In this document: one piece after another, positions 43,291 through 53,028 of the stretch
Layout: each line of letters opens with the position of its first letter
How positions within the stretch are numbered: the first letter of the stretch is position 1
Virus record (IMG/VR): IMGVR_UViG_3300042268_000564
Origin: a virus
Lineage: Duplodnaviria > Caudoviricetes
Strand: one strand, 5' to 3'
DNA length: 64,000 nucleotides
Position numbers and translations under genes: made by a program
The notes under the pieces: generated by a model
What the model saw: only the letters and a program-made list of their open reading frames with translations
Database searches by the model: none
What the model was told of the DNA's origin: nothing

Positions 43291-44088
43291 ATGAGTTCGT
43301 CACCTTATGGTGAAAACATCGATTTATTGATGCGACAAGGGAAATTTTTCAGTTCAGCAGGGGATTGTCAATTTTGGCTGCCAGATTCAATTGATTACAG
43401 TAATTATACTACAGGGCTTGTCGCATGGTATGATGCGTCCGATTTGTCAACAGTCACAGAAACAAATAGCGTTGTTGATGAATGGCAAGACAAATCAGGT
43501 AATGGTTTTCATTTGCTGCCTGAATTGGGCACAACAATAACCGGACAATCGACTGTTAATGGATTGAATGTGTTAAGTTTCGACGGTGCTGCTAATTTAA
43601 TAACATTAAATGACATATTGCTTGCCAGTGCAGATACAGACACATATACCATATTTGCAGTTTTTCAATCTTCAGGTAGCGACATTCAACATTGTCTCAA
43701 GATTGGTGATGGAACATCGGGTGGTACGACCATTCAACTAAGAGCAAGAACTACAACTCAAGTGGAACATTGTTGGTGGACTCATTCTTATATGTCAGAT
43801 GTTGGAACATGGATTCATGGACGTCCAAATTTAGCTACAATTGCGAATGAGTATGGCGATGGTGGAATAGCTTATACCCGAGTTAACGGCATGGAAAATG
43901 TCTTTGACCACGGGAATAGTTTGAGCTTGAGTAATGGTGCAAAATTACGAGTTGGTGCAAGAAATGGCGTCAGTAAAGAATTCTTGTCAGGCATCGTTGC
44001 TGAAATAAAAATTTATGACATTAAGCTGGCAATTGAACACATCTTAGGAATAGAAGCAAGCCTTGTGGATAAATGGAATATAACATAA
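43291..44088 (+). CDS. LamG/concanavalin-like domain protein
   Basis: GLVAWYDASD...WQDKSGNG.HL...FDG...GIVAEIKIYD...KW. Confidence 0.75.
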   Translation: MSSSPYGENIDLLMRQGKFFSSAGDCQFWLPDSIDYSNYTTGLVAWYDASDLSTVTETNSVVDEWQDKSGNGFHLLPELGTTITGQSTVNGLNVLSFDGAANLITLNDILLASADTDTYTIFAVFQSSGSDIQHCLKIGDGTSGGTTIQLRARTTTQVEHCWWTHSYMSDVGTWIHGRPNLATIANEYGDGGIAYTRVNGMENVFDHGNSLSLSNGAKLRVGARNGVSKEFLSGIVAEIKIYDIKLAIEHILGIEASLVDKWNIT

Positions 44089-44129
44089 TAAATTATTATA
44101 AAACAACATTTAAACTTAAGGAGATTCGT

Positions 44130-44624
44130 ATGGGAAAACTTGGCAAGCATCTTTTAACTGCTCAGGACAGCCAGCTCTTAAAAGAGCACCCTGAAATTAT
44201 TGAGCTATTGCAAAAAGCATATAATAATGAATATCTTGCGTGGCTCGCCTATCAACGTGGAAAACATGTTATTTTTGGTCCTTGGCGAGAGAACATCATC
44301 AACCACTTTGAAGAGCACGCTGAAGAAGAACTTGACCATTCAAATTATGTGGCTGATAGACTTGTAGCTCTTGGCGAAATGCCAATGCTTGATATGAAAG
44401 CACTTGAAAGAGCTAACAAGGACATCACGTCTACGAAAGATTGGCTTGAATTTACTGTGTTGCTCGAAGGTGAAGCGGTACAACTTTACGGTGAAATTCT
44501 AAAATTACTTGAAAATCATCCAGACATGAGAAATGTGTTTGAAGGTTATGTGACAACAGAACAGGGGCATTTTGAAGACTTTGAAAAAATGCTCAGAAAT
44601 ATGCCTGAAATTATGGCGAAATAA
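44130..44624 (+). CDS. ferritin-like (bacterioferritin/Dps-type) protein
   Basis: NE..A...Y, HAEEELDH...ADRL..LG, E..A..LY, EQGH. Confidence 0.85.
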   Translation: MGKLGKHLLTAQDSQLLKEHPEIIELLQKAYNNEYLAWLAYQRGKHVIFGPWRENIINHFEEHAEEELDHSNYVADRLVALGEMPMLDMKALERANKDITSTKDWLEFTVLLEGEAVQLYGEILKLLENHPDMRNVFEGYVTTEQGHFEDFEKMLRNMPEIMAK

Positions 44625-44685
44625 TAGACATCTTGCGACAAGAGGTAAAGGTGGGGGGCAGATTGCCTCTCACCTTTTTTAAAGA

Positions 44686-45276
44686 ATGAAGAATACAAAA
44701 TCAACAAAAGTATCGGTAACAAAGCAATCTTTAGGATTGCGGGAAAATGTTACCTTAAAAAACTTATCGCAAAGCATAGCCAAACTTAACAAATCTGCAA
44801 TAACGGCTACCGTGAACTATGTTGCCAGACGGATTCTAAAAGAAACAAAGAATATGAAAGGCGAGCTAGTCTTAACTCGTAAAAACGGCGTGTTAAGCTT
44901 TGCTGTTCAACAAAAGCCTACAGTCAAAATCAATCCAGCGAATGTTTTTAAAAATAAAACCAATCAAATGATATCGGGGTATAAAAACCCTGCGAAGCAA
45001 GCCGTTGGAATCATGGAAATGATGGCGGATACAAAATTTGCAACTTTTGTAGAAAATATGCCAGATAAATTTGTAGAATCCAAGACGACTTTGGACATGT
45101 ATGCTATGTATAACAATATGATTAAAGACGCTTTTGGGAAAAGCAAAGTTACTGAGGACATAGACAGAGAACTTGCTGCCGCAGGGGTTGATACAACTCA
45201 AAGAGTCCCAAAAGAATACAGCAATAGTGTCGATGACATTAAAAATCGTTTCAAAAAGCTTGGCAAGAAAGATTAG
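44686..45276 (+). CDS. hypothetical basic protein
   Basis: 196-aa ORF after a hairpin at 44648-44680. Confidence 0.5.
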   Translation: MKNTKSTKVSVTKQSLGLRENVTLKNLSQSIAKLNKSAITATVNYVARRILKETKNMKGELVLTRKNGVLSFAVQQKPTVKINPANVFKNKTNQMISGYKNPAKQAVGIMEMMADTKFATFVENMPDKFVESKTTLDMYAMYNNMIKDAFGKSKVTEDIDRELAAAGVDTTQRVPKEYSNSVDDIKNRFKKLGKKD

Positions 45277-45716
45277 AGCATGTCCACAGCTTTTTTCTCA
45301 GCATCAGAGATGTTTGTAACGATTGTTGTTTTTGCTACAACCAGTTTCTGGAACGCTGGCAAAGTAGTTACTTTAGGTGCAACGGCTTTGATGAGTTGAA
45401 TCGCTGTATCAGTATCCATAAGAGCTTCGTCGGTTGAGTAGTAGCCTTTGTGTGATTTTTCATTCAACTTATCCATTGCTTCTGAAATAGAAACAACTTT
45501 TACCTGATTGGTTTTACCAATGCGCCCCCATGTGGTGAACGCTACATGATAGCCATGTGTTTTGATAACAAATACATGGTATTCTTTATTGTGATTGCTT
45601 TCTGTATTTTCCATGCGCACAACAACAGAACGAGGGTCGTTCATATCATTAGCGGCACGTCGTCTACCACCCATAACTGGGGTATATCCATTCATATTCC
45701 GATACTTGGCTGACAT
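45273..45716 (-). CDS. WGR domain protein
   Basis: HNKEYHV...TWGRIG...EK..KGY; N16 promoter 45746-45773. Confidence 0.8.
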   Translation of the reverse strand: MSAKYRNMNGYTPVMGGRRRAANDMNDPRSVVVRMENTESNHNKEYHVFVIKTHGYHVAFTTWGRIGKTNQVKVVSISEAMDKLNEKSHKGYYSTDEALMDTDTAIQLIKAVAPKVTTLPAFQKLVVAKTTIVTNISDAEKKAVDML

Positions 45717-45769
45717 ATTAAGGCTCCTTTTTTATTGTTATTTTTATTATAATGAAATACAAAAAAATG

Positions 45770-46411
45770 TCAAGCCCATTTTATTTCTGGCAGGTCATTC
45801 TCTTTCAAGAATCTGTTGGCTTTGGAAAAATGTTTGCAGCCAAAGAATCCTCTATATGCAGACAGTGGCGAGGGATGTGTCGCAGTTAATACAAGGTGCT
45901 TGGAACTTGTTATGAGGCTTTGCTTTTTTTGAGACTGATTTCCCCACAGCATAAAAACTTTTGGCGAATTATGAGAGTTCAATATTGAAATAACCTTGTC
46001 TGTAAATTGCTCCCACCCAAAATCATGATGTGCCATAGGCTTCCCCAACTCGGTAGTCAGATATGTATTTAAAAGCAATACACCTTGTTTTGCCCAAGGG
46101 ATTAATGTTGGGCAAGGCGAGGCAGTTATTCCTATGTCAGATTGAATTTCTTTGAAAATGTTGGCTAATGATTTTGGGATTTTTACTCCCTGATTGACGG
46201 CAAATGCCAATCCATTCGCATTTCCCTTAGTAGGATATGGGTCTTGCCCTAATATAACCACTTTGACATTGTCTATAGGTGTCTCTACAAAAGCTCTCAG
46301 TATAGATGAGTAGTCTGGAACATAATTAGGATATGCTTTTAACAACTTCTCCATTATCTGGACAAAATAAGGTTTTTGCATTTCATTTTTTATTTCTTGC
46401 CAGTGACTCAT
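45770..46411 (-). CDS. ung: uracil-DNA glycosylase (family 1)
   Basis: VKVVILGQDPY, GLAF, QGVLLLN, HPSPLS. Confidence 0.96.
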   Translation of the reverse strand: MSHWQEIKNEMQKPYFVQIMEKLLKAYPNYVPDYSSILRAFVETPIDNVKVVILGQDPYPTKGNANGLAFAVNQGVKIPKSLANIFKEIQSDIGITASPCPTLIPWAKQGVLLLNTYLTTELGKPMAHHDFGWEQFTDKVISILNSHNSPKVFMLWGNQSQKKQSLITSSKHLVLTATHPSPLSAYRGFFGCKHFSKANRFLKENDLPEIKWA

Positions 46412-46540
46412 AAATATTCCCCTTTTGTTTGTCTAATAAACATTATAGAGGCACAGATAAAAAAGTCAAAAAAAAGATTTGACAATTGTTAGTTGCTATT
46501 TATAATACAAGTAACAAAAAAACAAATAGGAGCCAAAATA

Positions 46541-48196
46541 ATGCGTATACTTGAACAGCTCGAACCCGAAGTAAGTCAGATTGTAAACAAAGTAAACAAA
46601 TCGAACTGGAATTCTGATTCAAAGAAATCTGAGACTGTATTGCAAAAACTGTTTGAAGCTCTGTATGACAAGTGCCTGAAAATTGCCAAAGGTGATATTA
46701 ACAAGGCTATGGCTATTTATCATTCTGCGAATTACATGCTTGATAATAGCAACCTGAATGCCAGAGACTATGAACTTATGGCTAATATGGCTCTTACAAT
46801 CAACACTAACAAAGCATCCGAACATAGAGTCGCAAATCCACTCCCTAATAAGGTTGTGAAAGAGATTGAAAAACAGGCAATGAATAAAAAGTGTCCAGCA
46901 GGGCATGTTAGATTGGCTGGTGCTCTCAAATCAGTTGTAGTACAGTCAAATGTAGCCGTGTTGACACCTTGGATTCCTGAAGACGATATCAATGATGTTG
47001 TATGTATGCAGTCCTCTTGGGGTGCACCTGCTAATGATAGCATTTTCAAAGCAGGGTATCTTGTTGTATACAGAACGAGATTCAAAGGTAAAACCAGTTA
47101 TCTCACTGATTTTTCAGATATTGAAGATGATGATAAGGGATTGACTGCATCCGGCTTTTCAAGAATTATTCTTGCCCTGCATGACAAGATTGTTGAAATA
47201 GACGGGGCAAGAGACGCTTACAACTTCTTTGAAACCCTTGTAAAAAATGTGGAGCAGGAAGTTGGTGAAAAAATCTTTGTAAATACCATCAAAGCCTATG
47301 CAGCGACAAAGGCTCTTAAACTCGATGGCAACACAAGTGCAGAGATTATCAACTGTATTCTTGCTCATAAAAAGCCACCTACAGGCGCAAGTGCACTCAA
47401 GATTGACGACAGCATCAATATCGAATCAGGGCTTGAATTGCTCTATCCTTTCACTCCTATTGTTTCCTCTCAGTGGCACAACAGACGACAGGATTACGGT
47501 TTTGTTGATGGACATTATGTTTATCACCTAAGTGCTTTCAAAGGTGCTTATACTCAGCAAATGCTTGTTGGTAGCAAGTTCAAAATCATGGTTGCTGGCG
47601 ATGTAAGTTATGTATTCGCTGGCAATGTGCAGCAAAATGCTTCTATCATGGAAGTGTCTGATTCTTGCAACCTGAACGCTGCTTATTCGCTTAAAATTGA
47701 CGTGGGCAAAAAAGTAATCGAGACAAACATTGATGAATTACTTTCAGGTGAATGTGATTTAACTGGACAGTCAGAACTGGTTGTTTCCCCGAACTTCATA
47801 GAAGTTTCTCAAACAGTGCCCGACAAAAGCTCTTTCACTTTCAAAAATGACATTGGTGATGTGGAAGTTACAGACAATGGTTTGCCAAGTTTTGTCAAAG
47901 CTGGCAATATCATATCTCTTGAAGTGGTATCAGGTGGCAAAAATAAAAAAGATGAACGTTTAACATGGGGCTTGCCAATCCAGAAAAGCGACTTCGACAG
48001 CATTCTGCCTTATCTGAAAATCCTGCATGGTCAGAACTTAAACATCAAAGACAGTAGGCAGATGTTATTCCAAGTTCAAGACAAGGCTTGTGGCGGTGAC
48101 AATAATCCTGCAATCAAAAAAATCAGCTCTATCGGTAAAGCAACACTGATTGCACAGATGATTCCGGGGCTGGAAAACTTTTTGCTTGACAATTAA
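46541..48196 (+). CDS. large hypothetical protein upstream of MoxR-vWA
   Basis: AGGAG RBS; N16 promoter 46479-46506. Confidence 0.7.
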   Translation: MRILEQLEPEVSQIVNKVNKSNWNSDSKKSETVLQKLFEALYDKCLKIAKGDINKAMAIYHSANYMLDNSNLNARDYELMANMALTINTNKASEHRVANPLPNKVVKEIEKQAMNKKCPAGHVRLAGALKSVVVQSNVAVLTPWIPEDDINDVVCMQSSWGAPANDSIFKAGYLVVYRTRFKGKTSYLTDFSDIEDDDKGLTASGFSRIILALHDKIVEIDGARDAYNFFETLVKNVEQEVGEKIFVNTIKAYAATKALKLDGNTSAEIINCILAHKKPPTGASALKIDDSINIESGLELLYPFTPIVSSQWHNRRQDYGFVDGHYVYHLSAFKGAYTQQMLVGSKFKIMVAGDVSYVFAGNVQQNASIMEVSDSCNLNAAYSLKIDVGKKVIETNIDELLSGECDLTGQSELVVSPNFIEVSQTVPDKSSFTFKNDIGDVEVTDNGLPSFVKAGNIISLEVVSGGKNKKDERLTWGLPIQKSDFDSILPYLKILHGQNLNIKDSRQMLFQVQDKACGGDNNPAIKKISSIGKATLIAQMIPGLENFLLDN

Positions 48197-48245
48197 TGAC
48201 GCTTGTTTATAATAACGACAACATAACAAACAAAGGAGCCGAGAT

Positions 48246-49703
48246 ATGGGACTGCTAACAGAAATCGTTGTAGGCTGGGACAGTATAGAGCCGATTCTTC
48301 TCGCGTGCATTGCCTGTGAAAAGAATATTATTCTTAGAGGTAAGCATGGTGCCAGTAAAACAGCAGTGGCAAAAATCATTGCTGAATCTCTTGGCAGTAA
48401 GCATCGCCACTACGATGCTACAAAGGCTGACCTGATTACAATTGCGGGTATTCCAAACCCAAAATCAATCTCAGACCCTGAAAAGCCAAGGCTGGAATAC
48501 GCAAAGCACGACCAAACCATCTGGGAAGCCGAATACATCAGCATCGACGAACTTACTCGTGCCCCAAGAGAAGCGCAGAACCTGTGGCTTTCAATTCTTG
48601 AAGAAAAAACTCTTCAGGGGAAACCTCTTGTGTATAAGGCTGCTATTGCAACCATGAACCCTAGCACCTATGCGGCTACCAACAGGGTTGACGAGGCATT
48701 GTTTGACCGCTTTTACGCTGTTATGGACGTGCCTGACATTATGCGTGAAGGTGATGCCAGAAAAAATATATTAGCAATGCTGCAAATGACCAGAGACGGC
48801 AAAACTGTTCGTGATGAAAAACAAATTGCGGTGCTTGGACAAGCAATGGATGAGATTCGTTCTACATTCCAAAGCTTTAAGGCTCAGGATGCTCTTGTTA
48901 ATCCTGTTGAGAGCTATGTGGCTGCTTTCTTTGTTGAGCTGGCTGCTAACCACAAGGGTTATATCTCAGGCAGAAAATTTGACCATGTAAGAGACTGCAT
49001 TTATGCAGTAGCTGCATATTTCAAAACAATGGAGAACCTTGGCAGCAAAGTTAATGCACCTGACGGGTTATTTGCTATCGCTGCACAGCACGCAGTAACC
49101 TTTGTAGTTGGAACTGCTCTGGATATTCAAGCAACAACCATATTCTCTTGCCATGAAAAAGCCGTAAAAGTGCTTAAAGGGCTGTCTGGTTCTGCCTCTG
49201 ACACTATCCGCAAAGAGATTCATGCAGCAAATACCATCAAGAAAAGAATTGCTGTATTGGAAAAACATATCAACGCAGTAGCATCATTACCACCATCTGA
49301 GATGCACGCTGTAATTGCTACAGCGACTAATGATTCAATGCTGGTTGACTTTAAAGATAAGAAGGTAGATAAAAAATCTGCAATCCTTGGCGTGGCTGAA
49401 GCTGTTGACAATATTGTTCCATTTCTTGAAAAACTGCGCACTATGAAAAATCCTGCTGCGAAAGCTGCCGCAAGCTCAATGGCTGGCTCTTACCTCAGCG
49501 AAGGGCTGGCTCAGATTAACAATTTCATTGAATCAATGTCAGACAAGCTGCTGGGCAACAACACTGTAAGGTATGTAACCTACAATAAACTGGCTGGCAA
49601 AAAAGTTGAAAATCCTTTCACTAAAGTTTACGAGAACGGATTCAGCAACGGCATGACCGCAGCGGTTGAAAACCTGCTTAAAGAAATGCAGAAAATCAGT
49701 TGA
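48246..49703 (+). CDS. MoxR/RavA-family AAA+ ATPase
   Basis: GKHGASKT, IDELTRA...QN, ATMN, EALFDRF; N16 promoter 48186-48213. Confidence 0.88.
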   Translation: MGLLTEIVVGWDSIEPILLACIACEKNIILRGKHGASKTAVAKIIAESLGSKHRHYDATKADLITIAGIPNPKSISDPEKPRLEYAKHDQTIWEAEYISIDELTRAPREAQNLWLSILEEKTLQGKPLVYKAAIATMNPSTYAATNRVDEALFDRFYAVMDVPDIMREGDARKNILAMLQMTRDGKTVRDEKQIAVLGQAMDEIRSTFQSFKAQDALVNPVESYVAAFFVELAANHKGYISGRKFDHVRDCIYAVAAYFKTMENLGSKVNAPDGLFAIAAQHAVTFVVGTALDIQATTIFSCHEKAVKVLKGLSGSASDTIRKEIHAANTIKKRIAVLEKHINAVASLPPSEMHAVIATATNDSMLVDFKDKKVDKKSAILGVAEAVDNIVPFLEKLRTMKNPAAKAAASSMAGSYLSEGLAQINNFIESMSDKLLGNNTVRYVTYNKLAGKKVENPFTKVYENGFSNGMTAAVENLLKEMQKIS

Positions 49704-49760
49704 CAATTTTAACAGCTTGGTTATAATAAAGATAACCAAGCTGTTAAAGGATAAAAAACA

Positions 49761-51674
49761 ATGACTAAAAAAGCCGAGCAAAAAGAAAAAGTTGAAAAGA
49801 AACTGGACAGATTCGAGCTTTCCAAGAAGCTTGGAAAAGTCCTGAGTGAAATCAACATACATGGATTGGCAGGGCATGTAAAACTTGCTAGTCCTGAGAA
49901 GATATCAACTGCTTGCTGGCAATTCAATGCCAAGACAAAAGCGTTTACAATTTCGGTGAATATCGAGCTTGTCGACGAGCTTGAGAATGACGAGCTTCGC
50001 ATGTTGCTCGAACATGAACTGTTGCATCACTTCAGGTATCAAAACTGCGACAATCGCAATCCAATCATGACAAATATCGTATTGGATACGGCTATCAACA
50101 AAATGCTGTATCTCTACAGTCCTGAAGTAATGTCATCGATGTCTGATAAAATCTACTTTAAAGAAATGACGAGAGAGCAGGGGTTAGCTTCACCAACAAT
50201 TCTTGCTTGCCCTACACTTTTGCCAGAAGAAATAGAAGCTATTCCTGATGAAAAGATACGGGAAGCTTACATTTCTATTTGGGGCAGCAGACAAACCCCT
50301 GCCGACTATGACCAAACATTGCCTGACCCTACCGAATTGTTTTTTAATCTGGTTCAGATTATTTCTGAAGACGATGCAAGCTCACCTTTCGGGGAGAATT
50401 CCGATGAGGATGGCAATGGTGAGGGTTCAGACGGTGACGGTGAAGGTGAAGGCTCAGATGGTGATGAAAGTGAAAGCTCTAGCTCTGGCTCTGGTAAAGG
50501 TAAAAAATCAAAGGGCAAAAACGGCAAGAAGCAAAAGAAACAGAAAAAGAAAAATCGCTGTAAAATCGTTGATGATGAGGATGAAGAGTCCGATGGCGAA
50601 GGTGATGACAGCGATGGTTCCGGCTCTGGCAAAGATAAAGACGATAAAGAATCTGACGACAAGGAAGATTCAGATGGAAGTGGTTCTGGCAAGGGTGATG
50701 AAGAGTCTGATGAAGACTCAGACAGCGATAATAGCGGTGACGGTGACGATGAGGGTGATAGCGACCCTGACCGTATGGACGAGGGGTATAGCGACATCTC
50801 TGATGAAGTGGCTGAAATGGACAAAGCCATGTCTGACAAAGCCACTGGTGCAGGAAAGGGTGCCAGCTCAATTCAAGTATGCACAAGCATTACCACACAG
50901 ATTAATGCCAAAGAGCTTGAGAGACGACTGCAAGAACTTATTCTTGACCGCACTATAGAAGAAATCTCTAATGCTGTTATTGGTAGCATGGGTGACGAAA
51001 TCGTTTCTCTGCCTTATGCAATAAGACCTACCAATACAACATTGACACATATTGCCTGTGGGCTTAATGAATCAATCCCTCTTTACTGGAACCATAGAGA
51101 CGGCAATACAAAGCCAAAGCTTGCTGTTTATATCGATGTGTCTGGCTCAATGAGTGGGTTAATCCCACTGGTAAGGTCAATTATCATTAAGATAACTGAG
51201 TATCTACCGTCTATCGTGTTTGCCTTTGATACAGGTGTAGCACCTATTTATACCAGTCATTTTGCTGACGCTCACCTTTGCGGCGGCGGAACTAGCTTTG
51301 ACACTGTATTTGACCACATTTGCGCATCACCAGAAGAGCGCAGGGCATGGCTTGAGAAATTTATTAAAAACTGGCAAAAACAATTAGACAGATATGACAG
51401 CGATATGCGTGGCATTGCTGTTGATGGAGGTATGTTGGACTCTGAAATCATGACAGATGATGCACCTGCGATTCTGTTGATTACAGATGGTGAAGATAGA
51501 TTGGACAACCACTATATTAAAAAGTTCAAAGAACTTAATAAAAAACTCATTGTATTGCAATTTGCAGGGGGGTGGGGTGGTTTTAATGTGAAAGATAGTG
51601 TGTTTTATCCTATCGCAAATCAACTGTTCCTTGCTAACAGTAATGGGGAAATTAAAGAAAAACTCTGTGCGTGA
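49761..51674 (+). CDS. metallopeptidase-like (HExxH) + acidic linker + vWA domain protein
   Basis: EHELLH; D/E/G/S linker; MIDAS DVSGS, GGGT, ITDG; N16 promoter 49700-49727. Confidence 0.88.
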   Translation: MTKKAEQKEKVEKKLDRFELSKKLGKVLSEINIHGLAGHVKLASPEKISTACWQFNAKTKAFTISVNIELVDELENDELRMLLEHELLHHFRYQNCDNRNPIMTNIVLDTAINKMLYLYSPEVMSSMSDKIYFKEMTREQGLASPTILACPTLLPEEIEAIPDEKIREAYISIWGSRQTPADYDQTLPDPTELFFNLVQIISEDDASSPFGENSDEDGNGEGSDGDGEGEGSDGDESESSSSGSGKGKKSKGKNGKKQKKQKKKNRCKIVDDEDEESDGEGDDSDGSGSGKDKDDKESDDKEDSDGSGSGKGDEESDEDSDSDNSGDGDDEGDSDPDRMDEGYSDISDEVAEMDKAMSDKATGAGKGASSIQVCTSITTQINAKELERRLQELILDRTIEEISNAVIGSMGDEIVSLPYAIRPTNTTLTHIACGLNESIPLYWNHRDGNTKPKLAVYIDVSGSMSGLIPLVRSIIIKITEYLPSIVFAFDTGVAPIYTSHFADAHLCGGGTSFDTVFDHICASPEERRAWLEKFIKNWQKQLDRYDSDMRGIAVDGGMLDSEIMTDDAPAILLITDGEDRLDNHYIKKFKELNKKLIVLQFAGGWGGFNVKDSVFYPIANQLFLANSNGEIKEKLCA

Positions 51675-52989
51675 CATACCACGGGGCAAGCCCTGTGGCT
51701 TCTCGTTTCAATGACTGGCGTAATCGTCTGTCTCCACGAGCGTAATAGATTCGGAGATGCCCTCCCCTATCAAATTCTGTTTATCAAATGAAAAATCCCT
51801 AATGTTACATGATGCTAAAAAGTCCCTATCATGTTCAGCACCACAATCACATATCCACATTCTGTCAGACAATATGAGGTCTTTATTTATTTTTCCACAC
51901 ACATTGCAGGTTCTTGAAGATGGTTCAAACCGTCCTATTCTAAGAATGTTTTTACCTGCACAGCCTACTTTGTGGATGAGAAAAGAAACAAACATAGACC
52001 ATCCAACATCTCCGATATGTTGTGCCAAACAATGATTCTGCATCATACCTTTTACATTCAAGGTTTCAATACAATATGTGTTGATTTGGTTTTCATCAAC
52101 TAATTGTCTCGAAACTTTATGCAAAAAGTCTCTTCTCTGATTGCTTATTTTCTCATGTATTCTTGCTACTCTTTTCCTCTGTTTGTTTCTTCTATTACTC
52201 TCTTTGCTTTTTAGAGACAGCTTCCTTTGTTCTTTTTTCAGTTTTCGTAAAGATTTCTTCAGATGTTTGGGATTTTCAAATCGCTTTCCATTGCTACAGA
52301 CGGCAAACTCTTTAATTCCTAAATCAATCCCTATTGCTTTATTTATATCTGGATTTTCTCTTTTTGGTTCTGAGACAGTTTCCTCAACTAAGATAGAAAC
52401 AAAATACTTGTCGGTTTTGGTTTTGCTTATAGTGGTTGTTTTAATCTTGCCTTCAAATTGCCTGTGAAACTTGCATTTAATACCTTCTCGGAATTTCATT
52501 ACATACAATTTATTATTTTCAAAGTCAACTTCATTTTTTTGCGGAAACTGGCATGACTGTTTATCACGTTTTGATTTGAATTTAGGAAAACCTTTTTTCT
52601 CCCTGAAAAACCTTGTATATGCTCGGTCAAGGTTTACTAAAGACGCCTGTAAAGATTGGCTATTTATTTCTTTAAGCCATTCAGTTTCAACCGTGTTCTT
52701 CATTGAAACCAAATTTTTCTGTATTTCAAATCTTGAAAGAGTCTTCTTTTCTTTTATGTAATACTCGATTTTTCTATTCAAGGCATAATTATAAATATAT
52801 CTACAACAGCCGAAGTGCTTTGCAAGCAATTCTTGTTGCTGTTTGTTGGGGTAAAGTCTATATTTATATGCCTTTAATCTTTTCATCCCTGCAATATACT
52901 ACATTATTTAGAAATTATCGAGTGTTTGTCTAAATTATTTCGTCAATTCATCCCGATGCAAGCCTACGGGGATTTCTTGGCAGACCTTC
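51671..52989 (-). mobile_element. non-autonomous IS200/IS605-family (IS1341-type) element
   Basis: right end GAAGCCACAGGGCTTGCCCCGTGGTATGTCAC ending at 51671; left-end hairpin ~52945-52978; flanking TTAA at 52990-52993; no tnpA. Confidence 0.8.
51708..52886 (-). CDS. tnpB: TnpB RNA-guided endonuclease
   Basis: KAYKYRLYP, GIDLG, IETL, CNVCG/CDCG, DRD; RuvC D-E-D intact. Confidence 0.95.
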   Translation of the reverse strand: MKRLKAYKYRLYPNKQQQELLAKHFGCCRYIYNYALNRKIEYYIKEKKTLSRFEIQKNLVSMKNTVETEWLKEINSQSLQASLVNLDRAYTRFFREKKGFPKFKSKRDKQSCQFPQKNEVDFENNKLYVMKFREGIKCKFHRQFEGKIKTTTISKTKTDKYFVSILVEETVSEPKRENPDINKAIGIDLGIKEFAVCSNGKRFENPKHLKKSLRKLKKEQRKLSLKSKESNRRNKQRKRVARIHEKISNQRRDFLHKVSRQLVDENQINTYCIETLNVKGMMQNHCLAQHIGDVGWSMFVSFLIHKVGCAGKNILRIGRFEPSSRTCNVCGKINKDLILSDRMWICDCGAEHDRDFLASCNIRDFSFDKQNLIGEGISESITLVETDDYASH

Positions 52990-53028
52990 TTAACGGTATT
53001 ATATAGTTAAACACAGGGAGACGCTATA

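Noticed and set aside
50248-50958. overlapping ORFs 50248-50958 (+), 50354-50845 (-), 50479-50886 (-)
   Set aside because: Shadow frames of the low-complexity acidic linker in the vWA gene
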